DNA of 64,000 nucleotides, taken from assembly GCA_964057225.1 (NCBI GenBank), contig OZ059896.1, positions 10,788,001-10,852,000 on the forward strand, written 5' to 3'. This DNA comes from Auanema rhodensis. Its lineage: Eukaryota > Animalia > Nematoda. The translations under genes were made by a program, and so were the position numbers. Below the pieces are notes generated by a model. The model was given only the letters and a program-made list of their open reading frames with translations, searched no databases and was not told where the DNA came from. Shown here one piece after another: positions 1-15,593 of this stretch (positions are counted from its first letter, which is position 1; the number at the start of each line of letters is the position of its first letter).

Positions 1-6
1 ATCATA

Positions 7-704
7 TTAAGCTAAAATTCCAAAACGATCAAAATGTCTTGTTACTATATAAAGTGTTAATTGAATTTCTCCCATAGATACACAACTAAGTTTTGGACGT
101 TCTTCCGGATCATTCAAAACTTCTAAATTTGATACTTGTAATCCTCCTCCAACAAAGCTTTGCATTAATTCATCACGAGTGCTGCCTTTTGGTCTCCAAA
201 TAGGGGAGCTTAACTATAAAAATTCATATGAAATGTATATGTAATGAATAATAATATTAACTGTATGTGCTCCTGGAGCCGTTGGAACAAAAATGGAGCC
301 ATACCCATATAGTTCTTGTCTATTATAGTCATCATAATGCCATATTTGAAAATGAAATTTCGGCCAACCTAAAGAATACTCTCTATAACATCATACGTCC
401 AGCAAAAAAAAAGAATAAAAATAACTTTTAATAGAATTACCTTGAATTGTTTTAGTTGCTAAATGTAAATCTATAGGCTGAGAAAAAAAACATGGCTCAA
501 ACGATGATGGTATATCTGTATGACTTTGACCACTTGTATGACCTTCTATAACTTTCCAACCACCACCTAGATGTTTAATTAAATATAAGAAATGTGTTTA
601 AGCACAACTAATTAACCTATTTCTAATGACCAACAACATGATAATCGATTGCTTTTGAAGCCTGAGCCACTTTCAAGTTGGCCACAGATGTATAATTCTG
701 CCAT
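7..704 (-). CDS. mksr-2: B9 domain ciliary transition-zone protein (B9D2/MKSR-2 orthologue), multi-exon
   Basis: Spliced translation [115 protein letters not shown] follows the B9D2 pattern; X-box upstream. Confidence 0.88.
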
Positions 705-846
705 GAGCTATAATGAAGATAACAAATAATTTATTAAACATAAAAAAATAAATTTAACAACATTTCTTAAAAAGAAAATAAAAACTCTATACATCAACGA
801 AATAACATACAACTGAAACATTGACTTATAGTGGTCAATAACAACA

Positions 847-860
847 GTTGCTATGGCAAC
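847..860. promoter_or_regulatory. X-box (RFX/DAF-19 binding site) GTTGCTATGGCAAC
   Basis: Matches the GTYNCY-AT-RGNAAC X-box consensus and lies 143 bp upstream of the ATG of a ciliary B9 gene. Confidence 0.85.
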
Positions 861-934
861 AACACGGTCCTTTTCATTAACTATTTGATACCTATGTAGT
901 TCAATTGTAAAATTTCTTATATTTATACCATTTT

Positions 935-2837
935 TTAACAATGATCCTATAATAATTTAAATGATTAATTAAATAATTAAAAAGTTTCATTTACTTTAGC
1001 GATTCCTGTATACATAGCCATTTGTGCTGAAGATTCAGTTATACCCTGTGAACGATTACGAAGCAATTCTCCCATGCACATAACCACGCCAAAATCAAAT
1101 CGAGGTAAAATTTTATTTGCTGAAAAAAAAGAAAAATATTGTTTTTATTTCAATATATGTATATATAAGTATATGAAAATTGTATCTTACCAACTATTTG
1201 ATGTAAGTCAGCGAGCATTTTGAAGTATTCCATTCCAAAAATACAAGTACCATGTCGACTATACTCACAAGGGAAAATCTCTGACCATTCGTTATACCTT
1301 TTTTTAAATAAAATAATACATGTAAATATATATTTATATAACTTACCTTGTTATATATTTGTCCTCTGTTTTGCATCCTCCTTTTAATTGGCCAGGTAAT
1401 TGTAAATCTGGGGATGAAAGAAGAGTAGGCCATAGTAATTCATCAGTAGCAAATCTCTAAAGTAATTCCAAATATATATAAAAGTTTAAAATATAATAAA
1501 GAAGTTTACATATGGTTGTTCAAATTCATTCAATAAATTTTCCAAATTCATGTTATGAATTACAAACTGAATAAGTTCACGAGACAGAAATACTTGATTA
1601 TACATTTGAGAAACGCTTAATTCAGCATTTGCTTGTCTTTTCGTAACCAATGATTCTAAAAAAAATAATTAAAATAAATTTATAATTTAATGATTTAGAT
1701 ACCATTTTTCCAAAGATTAATAGATTTAGCTGTACGAGTTCTTAAAAAATTATACCTTTTAAGATGAGCACGTTTATAACCCACTGAATGTGATCCATTC
1801 AAAAATTGAATAATTTGACTAATTTCTTTATTAGTTTTTAGAATAATATCATAATTCTAAAAATATATAATTCTAAAATTAGAAATATTAGTTTTTTCTG
1901 TACCTGTAACCACAGGATATAACTCCACTTATTATATGATTTAAACAATACTTTTGTACAATCCCAATGTCCAAAATTCATATAATGACCTAGTGAATCA
2001 TATGAATAAAGCTAAATAAGTATTTTTTAATGCAATTCTTTTATTTATATCAACAATTTACCTTTCCCGAGAGATATATGTTTGGAATACAGCTTTCTAA
2101 CTTCATCATTAATTCAATAAACTCATCTGAACTTTTCGAATCAACTGCAAAACAGTACGAATTTTTTGGAGAATATGTATGACTCAATTCTTCCATTAAC
2201 CAATAAAAATCCTATAAGAAGCAAAATCATAATAATTATTATTAAAATATTATAATAATATTACTTACTTCATGTACTACTCTACTAACAGCATAAGAAT
2301 GTTTAATATCTGGCTGCTGAATATTTGAAATGTTCAAAAAATTTTCAATTTCCGAACAACTATTAAAAAACTTATGTGATTTAAACTGAAAATAAAAAAT
2401 TACTTTAATAATATTATTATAACAATTAAATAAAATACTTACATTTAATATAAAACGTCCATCATTTACATATTCCGTAATATACTTAGTATGATCAGTT
2501 CCAAGAAAAGTTTGACAATTCAACGATGGAATTCTAAATAATATTTATACAATAATATTAAAAATCTCATAAATCATACTTATGAATAAGTGATTTGTTT
2601 ACTATAAGATTATTTTCTGATAATAATCTACGTTTGAACTGCCATTGTTCATAATCATCCTAATATACTATAATCAAATGATATAATAAGTATAAAACTA
2701 ACCCTATCATGTGTTAACCCAGTATATACATAAATTGAAAATAATAAAACTATTGATACTATAAAAAACTGATTTAAGCGTTTCCTAGAAGAAATATTGG
2801 AAGTATTTGACCCGATTATTGATATCTTCTTTAGCAT
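935..2837 (-). CDS. Core-2/I-branching beta-1,6-N-acetylglucosaminyltransferase (GT14 family), type II membrane protein
   Basis: N-terminal TM (FFIVSIVLLFSIYVY), then YSPKNSYCFAVDSKS, GHYMNFGHWDC, KWSYILWLQNYDIILKTN, FATDELLWPTL and RHGTCIFGMEY..ANKILPRFDF, all typical nematode GT14 motifs. Last exon (DHC*) is less certain. Confidence 0.82.
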
Positions 2838-3011
2838 TATCTAAACTAATACAAAGAAAAATGATATAATAGAATAGGATTAGAAAAGTTTTAGGCAGAA
2901 TATTACGTTTTAAAGTTAGAAACATGTAAGATAGCAAGCAATAGGAATGAGAAAAGGTGGAAGAGCAAATAACATCGCCAGATCGGTGCAACGAGTGCCG
3001 AGAAGAAGAAT

Positions 3012-3014
<3 letters not shown>

Positions 3015-3052
<38 letters not shown>
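3015..3052. repeat. (AG)n microsatellite
   Basis: Direct dinucleotide run. Confidence 0.95.
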
Positions 3053-3057
<5 letters not shown>

Positions 3058-3523
3058 AGGAGAGAGAGACAAAATATGATATAGTTACATCACAGGGGAG
3101 AGGAAGAGAAAACAGAAGAAGAGTATGACGATAAACTTATGAGGACAAGAGAATATCAGCAAGTTTGATAAGCAAAGTTCTTCGAATCTTTAACAATTAT
3201 ATTATCAAACTCTTTATTGTTGATTAAAAAGTGATTAAAGAACAATAGAAATATATTTATTAAAATGAAAAAGTTTTAATCAAAATTTAAAAAATATTAT
3301 TATTAATTAGCTTCTTTTTCAAAAATATATCAGTAAAAGCAAAAAATTTAATTATCAATTTGATATCTGTACGTCAGATATTGAATATCAGTTACAAATG
3401 GTTTGATCATATACAAATATAGAATTAACAGCTACATATATATTGAAACCTGTTCAAGTTTTAAATAATAATACAGTCAAATATTGAATTATGAATAAAA
3501 TCAGTTGAATCACAAAAAAAATG

Positions 3524-5870
3524 TTATTCTAAAGCAGAAATAAATGCAGCTGATATTCCAGCTCCGAAATATAAACCTGAAAATACAGTTTTGATTAGAG
3601 ACACTATTACATCACTCATATAGTTAAGAGCAATACAGAATTGTATTTTTATTGTTTTCTCTATCTAAAGTGAGAAATATATACATATAAAATAATAAGT
3701 TGGCATGGTAACAATCTAAGAAACTGATATTTATATGTTTTTCTTTACCAAATCGAAGCCTCAGTTTTATTTTTCTTCAGAAAAAAAGCAAAATGAAAGC
3801 TATTTTGTATTTTTGTTGTCTTTATTTTATCTTTGTTCTGTTTTAGAAATCAGATCAAAAAGTATATAGTTTCCTACCTGTTATCATTGAAGCTGCTCCC
3901 ATTTGTGAAGCTAAACGAGATACCGATGGTTCAACACACCTAAAACAGAATATTTTTAATTCTGCATGATCATATAAACAGTTTTTTTTTAGCAAAAATA
4001 TAGTTTACCTGGGTAATAGCGGTAGTAAGATTCCAGAAAGAACCCCTATTAATAATCCCATAAACCCATTTCCAATAAAATAAAACCATTCATTTTTGAA
4101 GATAACCTAAGATCAACAAAAAGTGTTATCTTTTCTCATTACATATACAACTATAATACCTTAGCAGTACGAACTTCTGGATAATTTGGAATGAAATTGC
4201 AATACATGAAAAATGGAATTAACAAAAGGGAAAGAATGCATGGAACACATAATAACATCCTTAATTTCTTATTTTTTGGATCCTAAATCAGTAATAAGTT
4301 GAATAAAAAATTTTTAAAACTTAACTATTTTAATAAAATTAGCTGCAATTGCTCCAATAGTAGCCATAACATAAAAATTCAAAAATGTTCCGATTGACAA
4401 GTAATATTTTTCTGAAAAAAAAAATTAAGAAGTAAAATATAAAAATGTAATGAATGATGAACAAACCTAAATGAGCAATTCCAGGTGTTGGCCATGGCTG
4501 AATTCCAATAGATAATGTTGGAAATATAGTATACATCATAAAAAACAAAATAAAAATACTAATCAGCTCACTCCACGCCTACAACACAAATTCATTTTAG
4601 TTATTATAACCTATAGTTTATTGCAAATATTTTAATTAAATTAATTATATTTTTAAAAATACTTACATCTTTAAATACATGACCAATTTGAGAAAAATAG
4701 TATGTTACTGTCAAAGATCTTTCTTGTCGGTAATTATCTCCAACTTTCATATAAACTCGAATAAAATCCTGAAAAAAACATCATATTTTCTAATAATTTA
4801 ATGGAAAAACATACAGATCTCCATAAGAACATCAGAAGATTGAGACAAAGGATTAAATAAATTGATGTAAATCCATAATAAGTTTGTGCTGTGGGTTGTG
4901 GGGTTTTTGGGTTTGCTTAAATAGTTTGTTGAACTTTGAACAACAGTTTCTAAAATTACCAGCTGTAGTAAACACATATAACAAACTGCTAATAATTCCA
5001 CCAACATTTGTTCCAATAACGACAGCATTTGTGTATTTACTTGGCAAATCACTGGTTAAACTCAGAAGAGAACTCTTAAGCATATTGTTTCAAGATTTAA
5101 AAGATTTAAGAATGAATTACTTGAAATACTCCATTACATGCCATCATAATCAGTATAACAGTAAATGTCATGTTATAAAACCATTGAAGTTCTTAAATAT
5201 TTCTTATTAATATTCAAATAAAAAATAAAAACTTACTGTAATGAGAAGGCTCTACAAGTAAAGCTATTACAAATAATATCATTATGTTAATAATATTTAT
5301 GAATATAGATCCCCATAAACGATAAAAAGGATTGCTGAAAATTATTTCATGGAAATCATGTCTTCATAACATATTTGAAATTTTACCTAATAAATGGTAA
5401 AATACATATAATAGTTAATCCAAATAATGGACTACATGCATCCATTCCAAGAGCATCCATGAATTTCATAGCATATTCCGATGGAATATAATGAGCAGAA
5501 AACCAATAATTAAAATAATACTAAACAATAAATATTATTATTAAGATTACTATATAAGCATGCTGTACCGTTGGCGATAAAAAGTTTAAAAGATTCCATG
5601 CTAAGAATATAGCAGCACTTTCTATGATAATAGCAATATAAACCAGGTTAAACTGAATTAAAATAATTCATTTCTTTAATAATGTTTGAACATCTAACTT
5701 ACAATATCTACATTAGAATCATCTTTATCTGTTAATTGCTTAACTTCCGATGTCGACGTATGAATTTCATCATATCGAGTTAATTCAGGTTGCTTAGGAG
5801 AAGAAAAAGTAAATATTTAATAAATTTCAATAAATACCTCTACAACAGGCTGTTCATGAGAACTATTCAT
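3524..5870 (-). CDS. Equilibrative nucleoside transporter (ENT/SLC29 family), divergent, multi-exon
   Basis: FNLVYIAII..FLAWNLLNFLSPTYYFNYWF, DLPSKYTNAVVIGTNVGGII, FFMMYTIFP, LIPFFMYCNF, FKNEWFYFIG and SRLASQMGAASMITGLYFGAG give the ENT TM pattern. Confidence 0.8.
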
Positions 5871-6463
5871 AATTTTAAAATTTGCAAACCTAAATGAACA
5901 GGAGCGATTTTCAGAATTCTTTTTTCTGTTATCACTGGTTATCAATCATTCACGTTGAGATAAGCATCATAAAATGTAATATGATGAAGAGTTGAAGTAC
6001 GACTGTTCCCCAAAACTCATGAGCAATTTCTTTAATCGCTTGTTGTAAGGTTCTGTTATTGTACTTCACCCCCAAATATACTCCATAATCCATTCCAGAC
6101 AATATAAAACAATTGAACACAATATATTAAAACGCAGCATTTATTTTTTACTATCATACAACTTCTCTCTATTTACCATTTCAACAATATTGAAATGGAT
6201 TATACAAAAGTAATAAAACCATGAGCTCAAAACTGTTCAGCTTGATAAAAACAACCGGAAATAGATTTTAAAATCTTACAAAAACTAGTGCAAACCATGT
6301 TAAAATTTTCACAACATCGGTAACATAAATGAGCTGAAAGATTTGTTAGGAATATTTACTTTTGAAAAACAGGATGAGAATCAGCAACGTAATGTTAGTA
6401 CTTTAAGCATGCCCACGAGGCAGTAGTTGATGAGATAGTTTTGATAAAGCAAAGGTTACATTT

Positions 6464-9792
<3,329 letters not shown>

Positions 9793-9935
9793 GTTCTAAA
9801 AATGGAAAATAAAGGTAAAGCTAAAAAAAGGAACAGTTCGAAATAAATAAATTTGCATGGCTACTAAAACTTTTTTATGAAAAATGAAAAAAAAGTATTG
9901 CCGAAATATTCAGTTAACAATACTATAGGTGTAGA

Positions 9936-9989
9936 TTTGAAATTTAACAAGGCGCGCTCGTTTTTCGCGCATAGGAGTAATTCCCGCCG
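9936..9989. promoter_or_regulatory. Clustered E2F-like sites (GGCGCGC, TTTTCGCGC, TTCCCGCC) plus a CHR-like TTTGAA upstream of mcm-2
   Basis: GC-rich island in AT-rich intergenic DNA, 145-200 bp upstream of the mcm-2 ATG; motifs resemble E2F-DP and LIN-54 sites. Confidence 0.6.
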
Positions 9990-10197
9990 AAACCTTTAAA
10001 TGTCTCTGGTTACATCTTCTTATCTATTATGAATAATAGAAACTTCATGGTAAATAGCAAGAAAGTTTATAATATTTATAAAACAATTAAAGAAAATAAT
10101 ATAATTCAATGGTTAAAACACCAGTCTTTATTCGTTCAAACGTTCACGCACATATGTTACAGGAAGAGATCACAGGTTTTCTTACGTGTTATAATAA

Positions 10198-10719
10198 TCA
10201 GATATTCATTGATCCTTTCTTGAATATTTGTAAAACCTTCGCCTTTGAGAACTGTCTAGCTGAAAAATTCAAGGAATTTCTGTTGCAAAGCTTGTAAAAT
10301 CAAATAAAATAAATCCAAAAAGAGAAATTAAATTTAACTTCCATACCTTCTTCTATTCCTAAGGTGAATGCACTGCTTTGTAAAGCTTTAATATACTCAG
10401 CTAACTGATCAGGTGTTAATCGTCCAAGTTCTACAAAAATCATGAATACGAATATAAAAGAAAGCTACATTAATTTACCGTTTACTAATTTAACATCTTC
10501 TGGCTCTAAATCTGTGCGGTACCGGTTATGATTTTGTCCAGGAATAAGAACCTAAAAATATTAGAACAAATGGCTTGAATAAAATCATACTTCGTTTTCT
10601 CTGTTTAAATCCCACGCTCCTGGTACGTTTTCTGGAAATAGTTCCGGCGACGGAGCTCTTTGAAACATTTCTGAGCATTGCAAACTATTTGACGCTGGCA
10701 AATCTGCATATTGTGACAT
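10198..10719 (-). CDS. lin-52: MuvB/DREAM subunit LIN-52, 4 exons
   Basis: MSQYADLPASNSLQCSEMFQRAPSPELFPENVPG..DLEPEDVKLVNELGRLTPDQLAEYIKALQSSAFTLGIEEARQFSKAKVLQIF: LxCxE, RxxSP and the C-terminal LIN52 helix. Not present in the ORF track. Confidence 0.88.
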
Positions 10720-11243
10720 TTTTATTTACAATCTAGATTATCAGTAACTGTTCTATTCTGAAACACTTGTTATTATAAAATTAGTTAATAGTTAATACAA
10801 CATGAGTTATATATAAATCACATTTAAATAAAATAATTAACTTTATACGTTCAAACGCTAAATTCTTTGTACGCAGAAATGCGTCGAGGTTTGTTAATAG
10901 AATATATTGTATCTAAAGTTTCAGTAAATATAAAATAAGTTAAATGACAAGCCCTGATCTATTATATATATATATTTATATATATTTATATATAATTTTT
11001 TTTAATAATGTAAAGCACTAATATATTCAAGTAATGGTCGTGTTTTGTATTCATATTTTCTTTAACTGTCTATTTGTTTTTTAACCATATACTATCTCAA
11101 CTCAATAATTAGTACACGAATAATTTATTAAGACACTTAAATACAGATAATAGTATATAATAGGAATTCAGAAGAATCGTATATAATATAATTATCAAAT
11201 GGAGGAACTATTATGGGAAGAGGAGATCATTATTTTTTTAGAT

Positions 11244-12582
11244 CTATATGTCTTTTTTTATATTTTCTTTCTGTGAAGTTGTGTTTTCTTCAGTGGTTTT
11301 GTCGGTGCTCTTGCGGAAACGACGGAATAGTTGATGACAGCAGGAAAAGTCTAGAAAAACTGATTTGCATTGTTCAGATTTTGTATCATACCTTGTGCTG
11401 AGCAACATGAAAGTTGCCCGAAAACAAATCTAGATGCTGGCTGCGCAGGTTGGAAAGCGAACTTGAAGAAATTCTTTAGTGTAATATTTTTTCAAAAAGT
11501 TACCTGTGGTGGAATGATAGACTGGCAAGCAGCACCAATACATGGTGGAGAAGGAGCTTGGAAAACAATCTGAATTTAAAATTTAAAGTTTCACTGCTCT
11601 CTGAAGTTGTTCTGACCTTTGGTGGTGGAGGAGCACAAGCAACACCTACACATGGAGGTGGTGGAGGAGCACAAGCAACTCCTACGCATGGGGGTGGTGG
11701 GGGAGCTTGGAAGATAACCTATTTAGAACGTTTAGTGTTAAATTCAATTTTAAAATAATGAGTGTTACCTTTGGTGGTGGAGGAGCACAAGCAACTCCTA
11801 CACATGGAGGTGGTGGAGGAGCACAAGCAACTCCTACACATGGAGGTGGTGGAGGAGCACAAGCAACTCCTACGCATGGAGGTGGTGGGGGAGCTTGGAA
11901 GATAACCTATTTAGAACGTTTAGTGTTAAGTTCAATTTTAAAATGATGAGTGTTACCTTTGGTGGTGGAGGAGCACAAGCAACTCCTACACATGGAGGTG
12001 GTGGGGGTGCTTGGAAGATAACCTATTTAGAAATTAATTTGTTTTATACTATTAAGCTCAATATTACTTGCGGTGGCGCTGGAGCACAAGCAACTCCTAC
12101 GCATGGAGGTGGTGGTGGGGGTTGGAAGACAACCTGAATAGAAACTTTTGTATTGAATATATTATTCTGTATAATATTACTTGAGGTCTTGGAGGACCAC
12201 AGGCAACTCCTACGCACGGAGAGGGAGGAAGAGCTTGGAATAAAACCTAAATTTAGTAAGACTTTAAGACTGAGATCCCAGCGTAGTACCTTAGGTGGTG
12301 AAGGAGCACAAGCAACTCCGACGCATGGAGGAGGAGGAGCCTGAAGAATAACCTGAAAAATCTATGAAATTGGATGTTAATTCAAACTCACTTGTGGAGG
12401 AGAGCACGCTGTTCCGAAGCATGGTGGATTCAGAATTGGAGCTGGCATAGCAAATATCTAGAAATATATAATAAATATATTTTAATATTTCATAACCAGG
12501 TGGTATGTACCCTTTGACCACAGTTATGACATGGTTGAGCTGTTACAGCAGCTACAGAAATCAACAAAAGAATGATGTTCAT
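11244..12582 (-). CDS. Secreted Pro/Cys-rich repeat protein (PPPPPCVGVACA repeats), probably cuticle/ECM
   Basis: Signal peptide MNIILLLISVAAVTA, then repeated phase-0 exons V(I/V)FQAPPPPPCVGVACAPPPPK and a C-terminal LSCCSAQDFSCCHQLFRRFRK..*. Confidence 0.8.
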
Positions 12583-13915
12583 TTCTAAAAAAACAATGAT
12601 ATACAATGAATATTTTTATAAAATTCAGTAAAAATGCTATTAATTATTTGAAAAGGAGCAGAGCCAATGAAAATTGTGGATGTGAATTTTGGCGTGATAA
12701 GCATGTCTTTTATAGTTGTCGAGGCAAGCCAAGTATCTGGTCATTCGCAAAAAAACAGGATGGACATATAGTGAAGTGAAGTAGCTCCAGAATCCGAAGC
12801 TAATACTGGATGGAATTTTCGTGTAAAATAAACAGAACAGTTTCTGTTTGCGAAAACGAATCTTTAATTATGCTGTAGTTTATTCTACCTAGGTTTATAT
12901 TATGTGATTAATTATTCAATTATGTATTTTTTTCTATCTTTATATTACTTAGAATTTCTTTTTTTTTTAAGAATTTTCGCATTCTGCTTAATCATTATAG
13001 CACATTGAAAAATTGCTAAAGTTGCTTAGCTTATTTTTTTAATTTCAAATTTTTACTATATCTTGCTTTACATTAAAACTGTATTTATTTCTGATGTTAA
13101 ATAACTTTAAAATTACACAAATTGTTCAAAGCTGGTATTTCAAAACAAAAAGCATGTCTATGGACATCTTGATGAGCAGTTTCCGTATTCTTGTCATCTT
13201 CAAAATTTAAGCATCCCTTGTTCCAACTTGAAATGTTATCATTGACCAGTCGCCTAGCTTTATTTGAACAGTTTTGCCACCCGAACTCATACATATGTGT
13301 CTCACACAATTGGATGATTTGTTTAAACATTGTTGACAGCTTAAAGAACAAATCAACCTTCGCTCGAAAATAAACTGGACAAATCTTTATGCCTATATAT
13401 TAATATTCTATTCAAAGAAAATGCTTTACTGCCCTAATGTTTTTATATAATTAATACTTTCCCAGATACACTTTCAACACTTGCGGTGCATGTTCCATGC
13501 TGCTCACTTGAACCTATTATGGCGAAGGTGATAGAAAGTGACTTAATTCAAACCTCCAGATTAATTTAATTAATTGTAACTTGTTCAGTAAGGGTATACG
13601 ATTAAATGTAATTTAGTATATATAAACAAACAAACAATAGCAATATTATTTATCACAAAATAAAAAAAGTACATTGCTTAATCATTTGAATAATCAATGA
13701 TGTCATAATTTAACTTTGAAAAATAGTTCAAATATAACAAGTTTATGATGATATTTGGTTCCACCTGTGAAATTCCCGAATTTGAGCAAGCTGGAAAAAG
13801 CGTTGTGTCAAAATAGTGTTAGTTTTCTGATAATTAAATACAAAAAAACAGGATTTATTCAATTTTCAATTGTATAATAAAGGATATTATATTTGAACTA
13901 TGCCAAATATCTAAG

Positions 13916-13924
13916 TATATAAAG
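13916..13924 (+). promoter_or_regulatory. TATA box (TATATAAAG) of the array gene, repeated in every unit
   Basis: About 40 bp upstream of ATG 13959; AATAAA poly(A) signal at 14560-14565 downstream of the stop. Confidence 0.7.
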
Positions 13925-13958
13925 GGGGACATATTCCTCAATATTCAACAACTTCAAC

Positions 13959-14477
13959 ATGAAGTTAATCATTCTATTCGTTTCCGTCCTCGGCATCTAC
14001 TCATCACCAGGTTTTTTTTGTTTCTTACCTAATTTTCATTGACTGTTTTTAGTGACTCGTGAATCCCAGAGACAAACTTCTGTCGATCCATTCGGAAGCA
14101 CTTCCAAAACCCCACTTGATGCCAGCACCGTCGATCCTTTAGGAAGTATCACTGATTTACCAATTGATGCCAGCACCGTCGATCCATTCGGAAGTATCAC
14201 TGATTTACCAATTGATGCCAGCACCGTCGATCCATTCGGAAGCACTTCCAAAACCCCAATTGATGCCAGCACCGTCGATCCTTTAGGAAGTATCACTGAT
14301 TTACCAATTGATGCCAGCACCGTCGATCCATTCGGAAGTATCACTGATTTACCAATTGATGCCAGCACCGTCGATCCAGTCGGAAGCAACTCCAACTCAC
14401 CTAGTGTTGGAACTACCGTCGATACTTTGGGAAATGTTTCTAACGGACCTGTTGATGGTACTACGATTGCAGCATAA
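13959..14477 (+). CDS. Secreted 16-aa-module protein, copy 1 (6 modules, 158 aa)
   Basis: Exon 1 MKLIILFVSVLGIYSSP(G|gt) joined across a 42-nt GT..TTTTAG intron in frame to VTRESQRQTS-(VDPxGSxxxxPIDAST)n-tail*. Confidence 0.85.
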
Positions 14478-14828
14478 ATCTGTTCATGACAAGTCTGTGT
14501 AAGAAAGCTTAGTTTTTCACTCAGATGTGATGATAATTGTATTTGAATTGTATATTTATAATAAAACGAAATCAATTTACTTTACGTTCATTTGTAAAAA
14601 TATTAATTACATAAAAACAATAAGGCAGCAAAGCGATGTATGAAGAAATATTTTAAAGTTCAGTAGCTAGTCTAATCATATATTCAAAGTAGTTAGTATA
14701 CAATTTATATCAAACCTGATATATAATAACACATAATAGAGGCAGGTTATATTTTTTAAAGCACCATCTTTGAGACAAAGCTTGAGCATATGTCAACGCT
14801 ATCGCACTCCCAAATACAAGAAAACTGT

Positions 14829-15202
14829 TTAAAGATGTTTGTATTTCAAAAAGAGAAGATGAAGAAGACGCATTGTGCTCTGAAAATTTATAAAATAGTG
14901 TGCAAAATGTAAAAGAAATAGACCTTGAGATCACCATTAGCGATATCTTGAACTCGACTTTTGGGTTTTGGAAGTCCAGCTTCTTCTATCAACTTGAATG
15001 CAAAACTAATGTTTTTAATCTTGTCCTCGAATGATTTAGCCTTAAGAAAAAAAATGTGGAGAGGAACAAAATATCCTTCCAGCAGTCCCATCAATAAAAC
15101 GAGAAAAACGCCATCTTGAAATTGATATTCCATGCTGCTCACTTGAACCTATTATGGCGAAGGTGATAGAAAGTGACTTAATTCAAACCTCCAGATTAAT
15201 TT
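14829..15202 (-). pseudogene. Promoterless 3' fragment of pat-6 (last two exons), copy 1
   Basis: Matches pat-6 30648-31021 and breaks off at CAGATTAATTT. Confidence 0.85.
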
Positions 15203-15593
15203 AATTAATTGTAACTTGTTCAGTAAGGGTATACGATTAAATGTAATTTAGTATATATAAACAAACAAACAATAGCAATATTATTTATCACAAAATAAAA
15301 AAAGTACATTGCTTAATCATTTGAATAATCAATGATGTCATAATTTAACTTTGAAAAATAGTTCAAATATAACAAGTTTATGATGATATTTGGTTCCACC
15401 TGTGAAATTCCCGAATTTGAGCAAGCTGGAAAAAGCGTTGTGTCAAAATAGTGTTAGTTTTCTGATAATTAAATACAAAAAAACAGGATTTATTCAATTT
15501 TCAATTGTATAATAAAGGATATTATATTTGAACTATGCCAAATATCTAAGTATATAAAGGGGGACATATTCCTCAATATTCAACAACTTCAAC

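Noticed and set aside
5570-5600. Suspected frameshift in an ENT exon
   Set aside because: Recounting the homopolymer gives an in-frame WNLLNFLSPT|YYFNYWF.
11558-12344. Plus-strand Gly-rich ORFs (GGGGAQATPTH)
   Set aside because: Antisense shadow of the spliced Pro/Cys-rich gene on the minus strand.
14083-14370. Ice-nucleation or antifreeze protein, suggested by the 16-residue period and GSxT
   Set aside because: Two prolines per module and no regular TxT ladder argue against an ice-binding beta-solenoid; only the period is shared.
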